Origin: a virus
Direction: 5' to 3' (one strand)
DNA length: 53,122 nucleotides
Virus record (IMG/VR): IMGVR_UViG_3300017971_000065
The position numbers and the translations under genes are program-made. The notes under the pieces are model-generated. The model did not search any database. It worked only from the letters and a program-made list of their open reading frames with translations, and was not told the DNA's origin. Positions within the stretch are counted from its first letter, which is position 1. Every line of letters starts with the position of its first letter. This document shows positions 33,558 through 42,359 of this stretch, piece by piece.

Positions 33558-34154
33558 ATGTCAGGACATGAGAAAATGGAAATAGAGGTGTTGTGTTATA
33601 ATGGACATCTATCCTATCTGTCGCCAGCAGACTTGGATTACAATGACAAGACAGCGGTTATGAAATTCGTGAATTCGCAGACTTGTCCGATTAGGGACTG
33701 CAACTCGAAGATATACAGTTACGATGTTCAGGAACGAGAGGAACATCTGCCAGAACAGGAACTTCAGGACAAGGCAATCAAAGTTCACGAGTGGATGATG
33801 GAAAAGGACAGTCCAGAACAAGTCTGCATGATGAAAAGTCGGATGCTCGAAATCAGACAATGCTATAACGGATGTAGAAAATGCCTATTCCCACCGAGAT
33901 ATTTCATCACATTGAATGGAAAACAGGAATATTTCTGTGAGAAACACGGAGATTTCAAGACTCTCGAAGCGGTGTCCGATGATGGTGAGGTCGGAGAGTA
34001 TTTGGCAGAGGAAATCGAATGTATCGAGTGCGATGGCAGAGGACTCGTTGATTACGGTGTCGGAGAAGGAGAGGCAACCTGTGTCCAATGCAACGGTTCA
34101 GGATGGATGAAAAACGACAAGTATCAGGAGGTCATCAATGTCAACAGAGATTGA
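33558..34154 (+). CDS. Cys-rich protein with DnaJ-type CxxCxGxG repeats
   Basis: CIECDGRG...CVQCNGSG at the C-terminus. Confidence 0.6.
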   Translation: MSGHEKMEIEVLCYNGHLSYLSPADLDYNDKTAVMKFVNSQTCPIRDCNSKIYSYDVQEREEHLPEQELQDKAIKVHEWMMEKDSPEQVCMMKSRMLEIRQCYNGCRKCLFPPRYFITLNGKQEYFCEKHGDFKTLEAVSDDGEVGEYLAEEIECIECDGRGLVDYGVGEGEATCVQCNGSGWMKNDKYQEVINVNRD

Positions 34155-34284
34155 ACATCTCATGCAACAGGCCGTAGAGGATGGAGTCATAGTCTGTGGT
34201 GGATGTGGCAAAATCCTCGAACCCGACGCGGAGAAGTGCGGGTGTGGATGGTTAAATCCATTGAGAGACTTGGGGTTCATCTGA
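34138..34284 (+). CDS. Small zinc-ribbon protein (48 aa, below ORF-track cutoff); coordinates anchored on neighbouring track ORFs
   Basis: AGGAGGT SD; MSTEIEHLMQQAVEDGVIVCGGCGKILEPDAEKCGCGW... Confidence 0.35.
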   Translation: MSTEIEHLMQQAVEDGVIVCGGCGKILEPDAEKCGCGWLNPLRDLGFI

Positions 34285-34403
34285 TGGCCAACTACAAAGT
34301 TGGAACTAATTGCAGTCTGACAAAAAAGAAATGCAAACATCTTGTTTGTGAACTGTGTCCAGTATATGACCGGGAAGTTGTCAATAGACGCAGAGGGAGA
34401 TAA
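34284..34403 (+). CDS. Small Cys-rich protein (39 aa)
   Basis: TGATG overlap; MANYKVGTNCSLTKKKCKHLVCELCP. Confidence 0.3.
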   Translation: MANYKVGTNCSLTKKKCKHLVCELCPVYDREVVNRRRGR

Positions 34404-34648
34404 TGGCGACCTGTGACAAGTGCGGTCAGAGTGGTATCAAACCTGGCAAGATGAAGCGTCATCAGGCGTTGCATTGTAAAGGTCGTCAGAGAAAGAAACC
34501 AAAAAATAAGAAACGTCAAGGAACAGGATTATTACCAGACGAATTAATCAGGAGAAAAGAGGGTGGGACGATAGTGCTGACAGGAGGAGATGCTGTTCAG
34601 CGCGAGATCGTCAAGAAGTCATTGGAGAAAGGTGAATTGGATGAATGA
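34403..34648 (+). CDS. Basic zinc-knuckle protein (81 aa)
   Basis: CDKCG...HQALHC, followed by a K/R-rich segment. Confidence 0.5.
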   Translation: MATCDKCGQSGIKPGKMKRHQALHCKGRQRKKPKNKKRQGTGLLPDELIRRKEGGTIVLTGGDAVQREIVKKSLEKGELDE

Positions 34649-35354
34649 ACAAAAGATTGGAACTGAAACGATGGATTGTCCTGTATGCCAGCGGGATAGA
34701 GAGTTTGAAGTGTTCGAGTCAATCGGCACATTTCTGGGCGAGAAGTATGTCCATACAAAAAAGTCATGCTCTCATTGTGGGACATCGAGCAGATATTCAA
34801 GTCATTGGGGAAAAGGAGCAGAGTGTTGGGTCGTTGGGACTTGTACGATTTGTGGAAAGAGTGCAGCCTACAACACGCCATACATTCGTTCAGATAACGG
34901 AGAGTTAATCTGCAATCGATGTGGGGATGAAGGAAAGCCGGAGGACGTTGTCCTAATCGGTGTCGACCAACATCTAAAGAATGGGAATTACGTGTTCAAG
35001 GGTCGGGTAACAGCATATATCCTGAATAGGAATGTCATTTGGATCAAACCAGACGGTTCATTCGATTCGATGTGGACTCACGGTGGAACTCATGCTTTCA
35101 GACTCAGAGACGAGGAGAAAAGCATGGACTTGCTCGAAGTGTTCGACCTGATGAGCATGGTCGCCTATGATGGACACTATCGATGTTCAACGTGCAATCA
35201 GGACTTTGAGGGTGAGCCAGCCGGGTATCCTCTGTTCGCAGGTATCAACTGTGAGACTTGCTGGCAGAAACATCTTGGACATCTACAAAAACAACGGAAG
35301 GAAGGGAAAGTCTGTCGGATGTGCGGTCAGCCATACGGGGCGTGTTGCTGTTGA
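34641..35354 (+). CDS. Multi-zinc-ribbon protein (237 aa)
   Basis: At least five CxxC pairs; ATG 34641 overlaps the upstream stop. Confidence 0.6.
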   Translation: MNEQKIGTETMDCPVCQRDREFEVFESIGTFLGEKYVHTKKSCSHCGTSSRYSSHWGKGAECWVVGTCTICGKSAAYNTPYIRSDNGELICNRCGDEGKPEDVVLIGVDQHLKNGNYVFKGRVTAYILNRNVIWIKPDGSFDSMWTHGGTHAFRLRDEEKSMDLLEVFDLMSMVAYDGHYRCSTCNQDFEGEPAGYPLFAGINCETCWQKHLGHLQKQRKEGKVCRMCGQPYGACCC

Positions 35355-35515
35355 TAGAAATCAAGTTATGTTCAACTTGCGAAAGGATGTTCAGGCCAAA
35401 ACCTGGCGTGGATATCATCATCGTTGACAGGATTACAGAGTGCTTCATGGCAAGTCCAGAGGCACTCAGCATGGAGAAAGTATCAAGAGTCTTGGAGTTG
35501 AGAGTTCATGGATGA
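35342..35515 (+). CDS. Small hypothetical protein (start uncertain)
   Basis: Fills the gap between 35354 and 35508; GTG 35342 or ATG 35387. Confidence 0.25.
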   Translation: MLLLIEIKLCSTCERMFRPKPGVDIIIVDRITECFMASPEALSMEKVSRVLELRVHG

Positions 35516-35939
35516 AGTCAAGAAACAGATGATAGATGATGCCAAGAGGCAGATCAACAAGCAGTTCGAGGGCGACCATGTCAACATTGACATAATCAAC
35601 ATCTATGACGATGCCTCTGGACTATCTGGATTGAGGCACATGAGATGTTCATGTTGTTCAAGTGAGGTGTTCGATGACACATTGAGGGATAACATCCAAA
35701 AGTATTTCGCTCTGGACGACCAGAAAGAGATAGCACTTCACTTCGTAAGGTGTCTAATCAGATACTATGACTTGGTGGAGATCGAGTCGATGAGCAAGGA
35801 AACGAGAGAACATCTTCATAAGGTGTTGGAATATCTCTGGAAAGACGAACAGAGGCACTATGAGGAATGTGACGAGGAGGGCCGGGACAATCATATCTTT
35901 GTCAGTATGAAAGCGGTCAATGACTGGATATCACAATGA
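35508..35939 (+). CDS. Hypothetical protein (143 aa)
   Basis: Co-directional ORF with ATGGATGA overlap. Confidence 0.55.
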   Translation: MDEVKKQMIDDAKRQINKQFEGDHVNIDIINIYDDASGLSGLRHMRCSCCSSEVFDDTLRDNIQKYFALDDQKEIALHFVRCLIRYYDLVEIESMSKETREHLHKVLEYLWKDEQRHYEECDEEGRDNHIFVSMKAVNDWISQ

Positions 35940-35951
35940 GGGGTGCAGGGG

Positions 35952-36197
35952 ATGGAGAACTTGAAACTGGAAATGGATGTCAAGATGAACAGGACAATCG
36001 TCAGGAAAATATCTCAAGGTGGAAGTGCAACCCTTACAGCAACGAGAACGATTAGAGTGCCAAGAGAGACTGTCGAGGCTACATTGACATCGGGAGAAAA
36101 GGTTAAGATTGACATCGGCGGTTATGAAAGACCAGTCGAAGTGAAGTTCCATTTCGTTAGGGACAAGTCCAGAGGAGGTAGTCATCATGGAAAATAA
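35952..36197 (+). CDS. Hypothetical protein (81 aa)
   Basis: GAGGGGTG SD before ATG 35952. Confidence 0.45.
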   Translation: MENLKLEMDVKMNRTIVRKISQGGSATLTATRTIRVPRETVEATLTSGEKVKIDIGGYERPVEVKFHFVRDKSRGGSHHGK

Positions 36198-36462
36198 GTG
36201 TTCAGTGTGTAGAAAGCCAGTTGAGATTACCCATGACAAGACGAATGTATGTTCAGAGTGCGGAAAGGCATTCTGTGAAGATCACAATACTGTTGGCAAT
36301 CAATGGAACGGAAAGGATAGAGAAACAGAACATCTGGCAACGCAATGTGAGGATTGTGCGATTGCATGGATTTCAGGTCAGGCAGACTATTTGAAAGACT
36401 TCTATGACGATAGACATCTTGGAGTCAGGGTCAACGTAGATGAGTTAGACGAATTCAGGTGA
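36187..36462 (+). CDS. Zinc-ribbon protein (91 aa)
   Basis: CSVCRK...CSECGKAFC. Confidence 0.55.
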   Translation: MENKCSVCRKPVEITHDKTNVCSECGKAFCEDHNTVGNQWNGKDRETEHLATQCEDCAIAWISGQADYLKDFYDDRHLGVRVNVDELDEFR

Positions 36463-36466
36463 TTAA

Positions 36467-36559
36467 GTGAGCGAGGAATTAGAACGGATCAACGCCGAAC
36501 TTGATGAAATCAATCGGCGGTTAGAACGATGTAGGGTGAGATGGTATGACAGACGATGA
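36467..36559 (+). CDS. Mini coiled-coil peptide (30 aa, GTG start)
   Basis: AGGTGAT + 3 nt + GTG, the same start context as other genes. Confidence 0.2.
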   Translation: MSEELERINAELDEINRRLERCRVRWYDRR

Positions 36560-36815
36560 GATACTGACATCAGATCTCGGTGGAGAACTCGGAGACATGA
36601 TTGACCGTTTAAGCGGTCACGACTTCGATTGCACTTGCAGTCATTCATTCGAGTTAGGCCGTGATACTGACTTCGTTGGATACATACATGACGGCGGTCT
36701 GGCAGACAAGGTCGGTGTAAAATACTGGCTATACACTGTCTGTCCAGATTGCGGTTATCAGTGGGCATGGCACAAGATTGAAGCGATACTGGTAAGGGCC
36801 GGGGTCTTGAAGTGA
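36546..36815 (+). CDS. Hypothetical protein (89 aa) with CPDCG motif
   Basis: Co-directional ORF. Confidence 0.5.
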   Translation: MTDDEILTSDLGGELGDMIDRLSGHDFDCTCSHSFELGRDTDFVGYIHDGGLADKVGVKYWLYTVCPDCGYQWAWHKIEAILVRAGVLK

Positions 36816-36949
36816 GCGAAAGAACCTGTCCTCTCAAAAAGAGGTCATGTGAACACAATCACATGAACCAATGCACTCTGGATGAAGAACCAGAGTTCGA
36901 CACACAGAATGGGAAAAAGATTTGCAGGTCATACGCCATTAAGGTGTAA
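36812..36949 (+). CDS. Small Cys-rich protein (45 aa, GTG start)
   Basis: GTGA overlap with the upstream stop; fills the gap to 36952. Confidence 0.25.
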   Translation: MSERTCPLKKRSCEHNHMNQCTLDEEPEFDTQNGKKICRSYAIKV

Positions 36950-36951
36950 TC

Positions 36952-37239
36952 ATGGAACCACATAGACCAGTAGTTACAAACAAAGCAAGGCGTTGGAAAT
37001 CATATTACCTGTTCAACGGACTGGTCAAGGACTTACAACTTGAGGGACTTCAGGAACAGCACATCATCCGTGTCTGCGTTCATGTGTACAAGCGGATAGC
37101 GGAAAGAAAGATGTTCGGCAATCAGTATTCGATTGACAGGGCATGGGACGCTATGAACATTGCCCTACTGGACAATCTGAAGTGCGACATCAAGTTGATA
37201 GAGGCGACGATGAAGGAAATGACAGGAAACTCAGGATGA
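36952..37239 (+). CDS. Hypothetical protein (95 aa)
   Basis: AAGGTG SD upstream. Confidence 0.55.
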   Translation: MEPHRPVVTNKARRWKSYYLFNGLVKDLQLEGLQEQHIIRVCVHVYKRIAERKMFGNQYSIDRAWDAMNIALLDNLKCDIKLIEATMKEMTGNSG

Positions 37240-37254
37240 ACTCTTCCCCACTGG

Positions 37255-37342
37255 GATTGACTTCGGTCAATCCTTCGGAGCGTGGGATTATCTCTCTCCA
37301 ACCCGAGAACTTCACTTGGCGTTGTTCTCGAACCCACGCTCC
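37255..37342 (+). ncRNA. Structured RNA element (UUCG-capped hairpin plus nested 10-bp/7-bp helices) followed by a T-rich tract; terminator or small ncRNA
   Basis: GATTGAC-TTCG-GTCAATC (37255-37272). GGAGCGTGGG (37277-86) pairs with CCCACGCTCC (37333-42) and encloses CGAGAAC/GTTCTCG (37304-10/37324-30). Then ATTATTTATTT. Confidence 0.35.
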
Positions 37343-37496
37343 ATTATTTATTTAATGTCTTAATGAGTGCGATAAATAGAGTAAATCTGGTCAGACTGGA
37401 TATGGACAGAAAAACGATCGTCCATGTTCGACATGGCGTAAATCACTCTTGTTGGTTTCAATACCAACCGCACTCTCCTAATCATAAGGTGAGAGC

Positions 37497-37637
37497 ATGA
37501 GAACAAGACGATTCACAATGGAAGTTACAGATACTCTGAACTTTCAGTTCGGAGGCATAACACCAGATGCTATCCAGAACCATATGATGAGTTTAGCACC
37601 TGGGATTTATGTGAATGTGATGGAGGTGAATGAATGA
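37497..37637 (+). CDS. Small hypothetical protein (46 aa, below ORF-track cutoff)
   Basis: AAGGTGAGAGC-ATG context; ATGA overlap with the downstream gene. Confidence 0.35.
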   Translation: MRTRRFTMEVTDTLNFQFGGITPDAIQNHMMSLAPGIYVNVMEVNE

Positions 37638-38026
37638 CATTGACAGAGCAAGAAGTGCGTGAACTGGAAAGCGAACTTGGTGGCTTCATAGGAACGGAAC
37701 AGTATTACAGGGTTCTACCGTTCAGTCCGATTGTCTGTACCGATGGTGTCCAGTATCTACAACTGAAGAGCCAATGCAACTGGCTTCTGGTCGATATAAT
37801 CTCGTATCAGACAGACCCGAGAATAGCGAGTCAGAAGTTCCAGCTCTGGATACTAAAGGTCGATTTGGAAAAGCAGACAGCGGTACTGACAATGCAGAGC
37901 GATTCAGACCGCCCGGTTCTGGTCAGGAAGGAATACCAGTTTACAGACTTTCCACTGGCAGAGATGAAGTTGTATTACATCGATGACGGAACGTACAAGG
38001 TCATTCTCTTGCCATCAGAGTATTGA
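37634..38026 (+). CDS. Hypothetical protein (130 aa), DUF6876-like by recollection
   Basis: GTEQYYRV...CTDGVQYL...NWLLVDI pattern. Confidence 0.5.
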   Translation: MTLTEQEVRELESELGGFIGTEQYYRVLPFSPIVCTDGVQYLQLKSQCNWLLVDIISYQTDPRIASQKFQLWILKVDLEKQTAVLTMQSDSDRPVLVRKEYQFTDFPLAEMKLYYIDDGTYKVILLPSEY

Positions 38027-38035
38027 GGTGAGAAC

Positions 38036-38395
38036 ATGGAACAGGGAGAAAGTCGTGAGATGACGAAAGATGAAGCGGTCGCTTATATAGGCAAACAGGC
38101 TGTTCAAATCAACGACCTTGAAGGTCAGATTAAATTGCTGGCAGGACACATCGAGAAGGATTATCCAGAGTCAATAGTCGATGGCGAGATGGTCGTTGAG
38201 ACAGCAGTCAAGATAATGAAAGACCAGAAAGACGAAATCAGAAAGTTAAACGAAGGCATGGGTCAGATGGACATCTACATCCAGAAGTTAGAGAGAAGGG
38301 TTACTCAACTTGAGGAAGCCAGTTTGAAGTGTCCAGAGTGTGGCAATGTAATCTATTCAACAAGCGATCATCATGAGGATTGTTCGAGAGGATAA
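38036..38395 (+). CDS. Coiled-coil protein with C-terminal CPECG motif
   Basis: GAGGTGAG SD. Confidence 0.55.
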   Translation: MEQGESREMTKDEAVAYIGKQAVQINDLEGQIKLLAGHIEKDYPESIVDGEMVVETAVKIMKDQKDEIRKLNEGMGQMDIYIQKLERRVTQLEEASLKCPECGNVIYSTSDHHEDCSRG

Positions 38396-38399
38396 AGTC

Positions 38400-38843
38400 A
38401 TGAAGTCGGAGAAGGATGAGTTCATAGACCACATGACCTACGTCTTTTCAGCACCCATCATCCAGCATCCTATGTGGCCAATCCCAGACAAGATAAAGGA
38501 TGAGGCGACATTATATCGACTGGCAGAAGTCCAGACTATCAAAAATAAGATGGCAACTGGGTGGGAAGTGATGGGGTATCTATCCACTCAATCACTAGTC
38601 GGCCCACTCGACCATCATTGGTATCAGATTTATATGTATTTGTTCAGAAAATATATGCCAGAACAGGCAAAGATGATTGACATCGAGGAAATAGAACTTG
38701 GAATAATGGAACAACAAATGTTGGAGAGAATTCAGCGGTGGATGTTCAAACAGCAGTGGGATCACATCAAGGTCAAGAGAAAAGAGTCGGAAGCGGAGAA
38801 ACAAAAGACTCTTGACATAGTATTCGAGGAAGTGAAAGCATGA
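38400..38843 (+). CDS. Hypothetical protein (147 aa)
   Basis: ATG 38400 lies 5 nt after the upstream stop. Confidence 0.55.
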   Translation: MKSEKDEFIDHMTYVFSAPIIQHPMWPIPDKIKDEATLYRLAEVQTIKNKMATGWEVMGYLSTQSLVGPLDHHWYQIYMYLFRKYMPEQAKMIDIEEIELGIMEQQMLERIQRWMFKQQWDHIKVKRKESEAEKQKTLDIVFEEVKA

Positions 38844-39469
38844 ATGAAACCAAAGAAGGATTGTCGACCATTATCGTGGTCGGACAGGCGAATGGAAAGT
38901 ATGTCAACGAGGCTGTGACAAAGGAATTCGAGGGCAAGGTATTGATAACGGCGAGGCCCGATGGTGCAGTCATCGTTCATAATCTTTCGGCAGGTGTACG
39001 ACCCATCTGTTACATAGATGGTGGGGCCGAAGTATCGATAGCGAGGAATGTCATAGACGCAGAGATTGAAGTGTTCTGCAAAACGGAAAGCGGTGAGAAC
39101 TTGACACTCTCATTCACTGAGGTCATGGCAATACAGGGAATTCCAGACAAGGAATGTGATAGTCTTGCTCTGGCAATCCTGAAGTGCGTGTTCGATATGG
39201 GTGGGAACTATGGAAGGACGACAATAGCAAGAGTATTGACCGGGTCAGTATCCAAGAAGGTGCTGACGATCAACGTATCGAAGTTGAGTCATTATGGTGT
39301 GGCCAAGAGTCACAACATGAAAGAAGTCCTGACATTGATTGACTGGCTCATCGAGGAGAACTACATTGCCTACGCAGAGGACACGGAATTTCCGGTTCTC
39401 GTCATCACATCGAAGGGACTCGATATACTGGCAGGTGGAGATGAGCTTCCAGTGGAAGTGAAGGCGTGA
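38840..39469 (+). CDS. NucS-N-terminal-like beta-barrel fused to an RQC-like winged helix
   Basis: GKVLITARPDGAVIVHN...P..Y resembles GDRVIIIKPDGSFLIHQ of the NucS N-domain. GRTTIARVLTGSVSKKVL...LSHYGVAK...LIDWLIEENYI resembles the RecQ RQC winged helix. Confidence 0.55.
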   Translation: MNETKEGLSTIIVVGQANGKYVNEAVTKEFEGKVLITARPDGAVIVHNLSAGVRPICYIDGGAEVSIARNVIDAEIEVFCKTESGENLTLSFTEVMAIQGIPDKECDSLALAILKCVFDMGGNYGRTTIARVLTGSVSKKVLTINVSKLSHYGVAKSHNMKEVLTLIDWLIEENYIAYAEDTEFPVLVITSKGLDILAGGDELPVEVKA

Positions 39470-39870
39470 TCGACTGCAAGGTGACATTATATCAGCCAGG
39501 AACAGAAACGAGGTATCTGCTCGTTCATGGTCTGGTTGATGACCCAGAGGATGCCAGAACGATAGGATGTCAGGTCGGCTCACTATTTCTGGCATGGGAA
39601 GGTCACGGGGCCTATTACTTCTCCGAAGGAACAGTCCCGACATATCTGGCAGAGAAGTTCAGGATACAGAACTTCATGCTGGATGCAATCGCACTAGTCC
39701 AGTTCGTCAGAACGAGGCTCGGAATTCCATTGATGCTCGGGCCTCATGTCCATGATACCATGTGGTGTATCTGTCCGATATGCAAGTTGCCATATCAACA
39801 CAAGAACGCTGAAAGCAGATGTTACTGCTATGGAGTCGGATACCATGAAACTGTACTCTCTGATGATTAA
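39466..39870 (+). CDS. Hypothetical protein (134 aa)
   Basis: GTGA overlap; co-directional. Confidence 0.5.
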   Translation: MIDCKVTLYQPGTETRYLLVHGLVDDPEDARTIGCQVGSLFLAWEGHGAYYFSEGTVPTYLAEKFRIQNFMLDAIALVQFVRTRLGIPLMLGPHVHDTMWCICPICKLPYQHKNAESRCYCYGVGYHETVLSDD

Positions 39871-40021
39871 CGGTGAGTATTACATCTGGAAAGAGGGAAA
39901 GCTCAAGGACAAAGTCAGATTGCTGACAGGAGAGGAGATAAGGCCGATCGTGAGAAAGCTTCTCAACGAGAAATCAAGGAACGAGATAGGTGATGTATTC
40001 ACCGTGAGAAGGGTGAGATAG
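39845..40021 (+). CDS. Small hypothetical protein (58 aa)
   Basis: Internal ATG of track ORF 39746..40021. Confidence 0.35.
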   Translation: MKLYSLMINGEYYIWKEGKLKDKVRLLTGEEIRPIVRKLLNEKSRNEIGDVFTVRRVR

Positions 40022-40099
40022 TGAGAAAGAAAAGATTTGGATGTTGCCAGTTACCAGATGATTATATGCACAACTGGTTGACGGCAATAAGAAGGAGAG

Positions 40100-40483
40100 A
40101 TGACAATGGTAGTGAAATGTCCAATTTGTGAGAAAGGCGTAACTGACTATGAGGTATGTCAGAGGTGTGGTGGCAAAGGATATTTGCTCAACCATTGGAG
40201 AACTCGTGATGGCACGATTCTGTCCATTCCAGATATGGACAATAAACACATTCTGAACTGTATAAGGATGCTGGAACGGAATGTAGGCAACTTCAGGCTC
40301 TATTACGAAATGTCCTATGTAATCAATTTGCCAAGACCGAGAACAGACCATGTACAGGACGCAATAGATTCTGAACTTGATTACATGGTGAGAATGGACA
40401 ACCAGACATGGTTGGAACAGTACCACGAGACGTACAAAGAATTGGTCAAAGAGGCCAGAGACAGAGGAATTCTCAATGAGTAA
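40100..40483 (+). CDS. Zinc-ribbon protein (127 aa)
   Basis: CPICEKG...CQRCGGKG; AAGGAG SD (ATG 40106 is better spaced). Confidence 0.55.
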   Translation: MTMVVKCPICEKGVTDYEVCQRCGGKGYLLNHWRTRDGTILSIPDMDNKHILNCIRMLERNVGNFRLYYEMSYVINLPRPRTDHVQDAIDSELDYMVRMDNQTWLEQYHETYKELVKEARDRGILNE

Positions 40484-40688
40484 GACAGACATGATAATCA
40501 TTCACGACGCATTGTGTTTCGTGATGAAGCCAGAGGTCGAGGAAGCCTTTGACAAGTTCATCAAACGGAACATGAGAAAGAACCCAGAGGTCTGTGATGA
40601 ATGGAACAGCGGAAAGAAAGCTGGTGGAGGACATGAACTAATCGGCAGGATAGTCGATATCATCAGCGACTTGGGGGAGTCAGAGTGA
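40476..40688 (+). CDS. Hypothetical protein (70 aa)
   Basis: Overlapping co-directional ORF. Confidence 0.45.
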   Translation: MSKTDMIIIHDALCFVMKPEVEEAFDKFIKRNMRKNPEVCDEWNSGKKAGGGHELIGRIVDIISDLGESE

Positions 40689-41263
40689 AGCGTGTATTCG
40701 AGATGAAGGGCATAATATATTCGGACAACAAGGTTCAGATTAAAGGTCTGATGAAAACCTACGGTCTGAAGTGGGTAGGCAGTCAGTTCAATGCAATCTG
40801 GAAGTCCGATGACGAAACCATCAAGGCAGAGTTCCAGCGGGATAACGGTGTGACAACCCATGCGACATTGACGTATTGGGGGCCAGGAGATACAGAGTTC
40901 ATCGACCAGTTCACGAAGTATCTGTTACATCTTGGAGCTGAAGGTCATGACGAGGATCACAATCAACAGAATGCCGATATCGAGAAGCTGATAGACGCGG
41001 AGATGAAAACCTGGGACTTGGTTCATAAACCAAACGTAGAGGCCATGAGGAAACCGAGTCATGTAGGAATACATCATGGCGCACCTGAAAGTTTCATCGA
41101 GGCAGCACTCAGGGACTATGAAAAGAAGCGTCTAATCAAGGTTCAAGAGGTCAGGGAACAGGTGATGAAAGATCACGGTCTGACCGATAAGAAAGAGGAC
41201 AAGAAAGAAGCGACAAAAGAGGAAAAGGAACAGATGTCCATCGATGACATACTGGCGTTGTGA
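40685..41263 (+). CDS. Hypothetical protein (192 aa), K/E-rich C-terminus
   Basis: GTGA overlap. Confidence 0.55.
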   Translation: MKRVFEMKGIIYSDNKVQIKGLMKTYGLKWVGSQFNAIWKSDDETIKAEFQRDNGVTTHATLTYWGPGDTEFIDQFTKYLLHLGAEGHDEDHNQQNADIEKLIDAEMKTWDLVHKPNVEAMRKPSHVGIHHGAPESFIEAALRDYEKKRLIKVQEVREQVMKDHGLTDKKEDKKEATKEEKEQMSIDDILAL

Positions 41264-41850
41264 TTGCATTGATTGACATAGAAGCGTTGAGGAACAATTC
41301 TCTGGCATGGCTTCAACGTGGAGAGGCAGAGCATTACGAACTCAGCAGGGAGGAACGTCGTAAGGAAATGACATGGTACAACGAACAAGTCCAGAAGTAT
41401 GACGCAGACATGAAATGGGCGTTATATTGCTATCCGAACAAGACCGAATATCTTGAACGAGCAATCAAGTTTCTGGAACTCAATGAAGATGATGTCTTAT
41501 TAGACATTGGGGCCGGTGATGGTCGTCTTTCATTGATGGCCATTCAGCAGTTCAATATCAAACAGGCAATCGCAATCGAGTGGTGCGATAAGTGGGTTCA
41601 GGCAACCAACGAGTATGTCAGCGAACATGGAGGATTTCCAGAGAATATGACATATAAACAGGGAACATATCAGGATTTCGAGTTTCCAGAAAGCGTGACC
41701 AAATGCGTCTTTCTGGCACATCATAATGGAGAGATTACGAAGTTGAATATCCTAAAGAAGTTGTCCAGAACGAATTGTACTCTATTCGTTCACAACTTCA
41801 TGAAACAAGGAGAATTAATCGGAGAGGTGTTGAAGCATGGAAAAAGATAG
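41260..41850 (+). CDS. Class I SAM-dependent methyltransferase (substrate unknown)
   Basis: Motif I VLLDIGAGDGRL. Confidence 0.65.
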   Translation: MIALIDIEALRNNSLAWLQRGEAEHYELSREERRKEMTWYNEQVQKYDADMKWALYCYPNKTEYLERAIKFLELNEDDVLLDIGAGDGRLSLMAIQQFNIKQAIAIEWCDKWVQATNEYVSEHGGFPENMTYKQGTYQDFEFPESVTKCVFLAHHNGEITKLNILKKLSRTNCTLFVHNFMKQGELIGEVLKHGKR

Positions 41851-42271
41851 GGAAACAGTCAAGGAGAATGAGTATGCTTACTTGAAGTATGAAGGTCAAA
41901 AAGTCTCAAAAAATAAAAAGGCGTTGGATGTTATGGGTTATCGCAATGAGGGACATCCAGGTGCGAACGCTCTTTTCTGGCCAGCAGAACTTGGATATGC
42001 GTGTCCGATTTGTGGCTATGACAATCTTGATAGGCTTCAATGGTCTGAATATGCAGGATTTATTTGGTGTCCAGAGTGTAATCTCGACATCCCTTCCTGT
42101 CTTTGTGTTAAGTTTCCAGAACCGAGACTTGAAGATGTTGAACCATTAAGCAAGAAAGAACAGGTAATCAGGGCGACAGAGATATTTCTGGCAACGATTG
42201 AGACTCAGGTTAAAAGAACATTGAAAAAAGAACGTGGTGAGAAGCATGGACGAAATGAAAGACAATTGTAA
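41837..42271 (+). CDS. Zinc-ribbon protein (144 aa)
   Basis: CPICGY...CPECN. Confidence 0.55.
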   Translation: MEKDRETVKENEYAYLKYEGQKVSKNKKALDVMGYRNEGHPGANALFWPAELGYACPICGYDNLDRLQWSEYAGFIWCPECNLDIPSCLCVKFPEPRLEDVEPLSKKEQVIRATEIFLATIETQVKRTLKKERGEKHGRNERQL

Positions 42272-42359
42272 GAACTACGACAGGACAAAACAAAGATGTA
42301 GGGAGTGTACAGACTACAAGCCATACTGGAATGATTGCTATGAGCCAACGGAGGAATGA
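42246..42359 (+). CDS. Mini Cys-rich protein (37 aa, below ORF-track cutoff)
   Basis: GGTGA SD 5 nt upstream; ATGA overlap with the downstream gene. Confidence 0.3.
   Translation: MDEMKDNCKNYDRTKQRCRECTDYKPYWNDCYEPTEE

Noticed and set aside
37282-37500. 72-aa ORF in the 37240-37496 gap, and the similar gap ORF 3594..3788.
   Set aside because: The GTG or ATG starts lack an SD. The first begins inside a perfect 10-bp RNA helix. Both sit in regions that look like terminator or promoter spacers.
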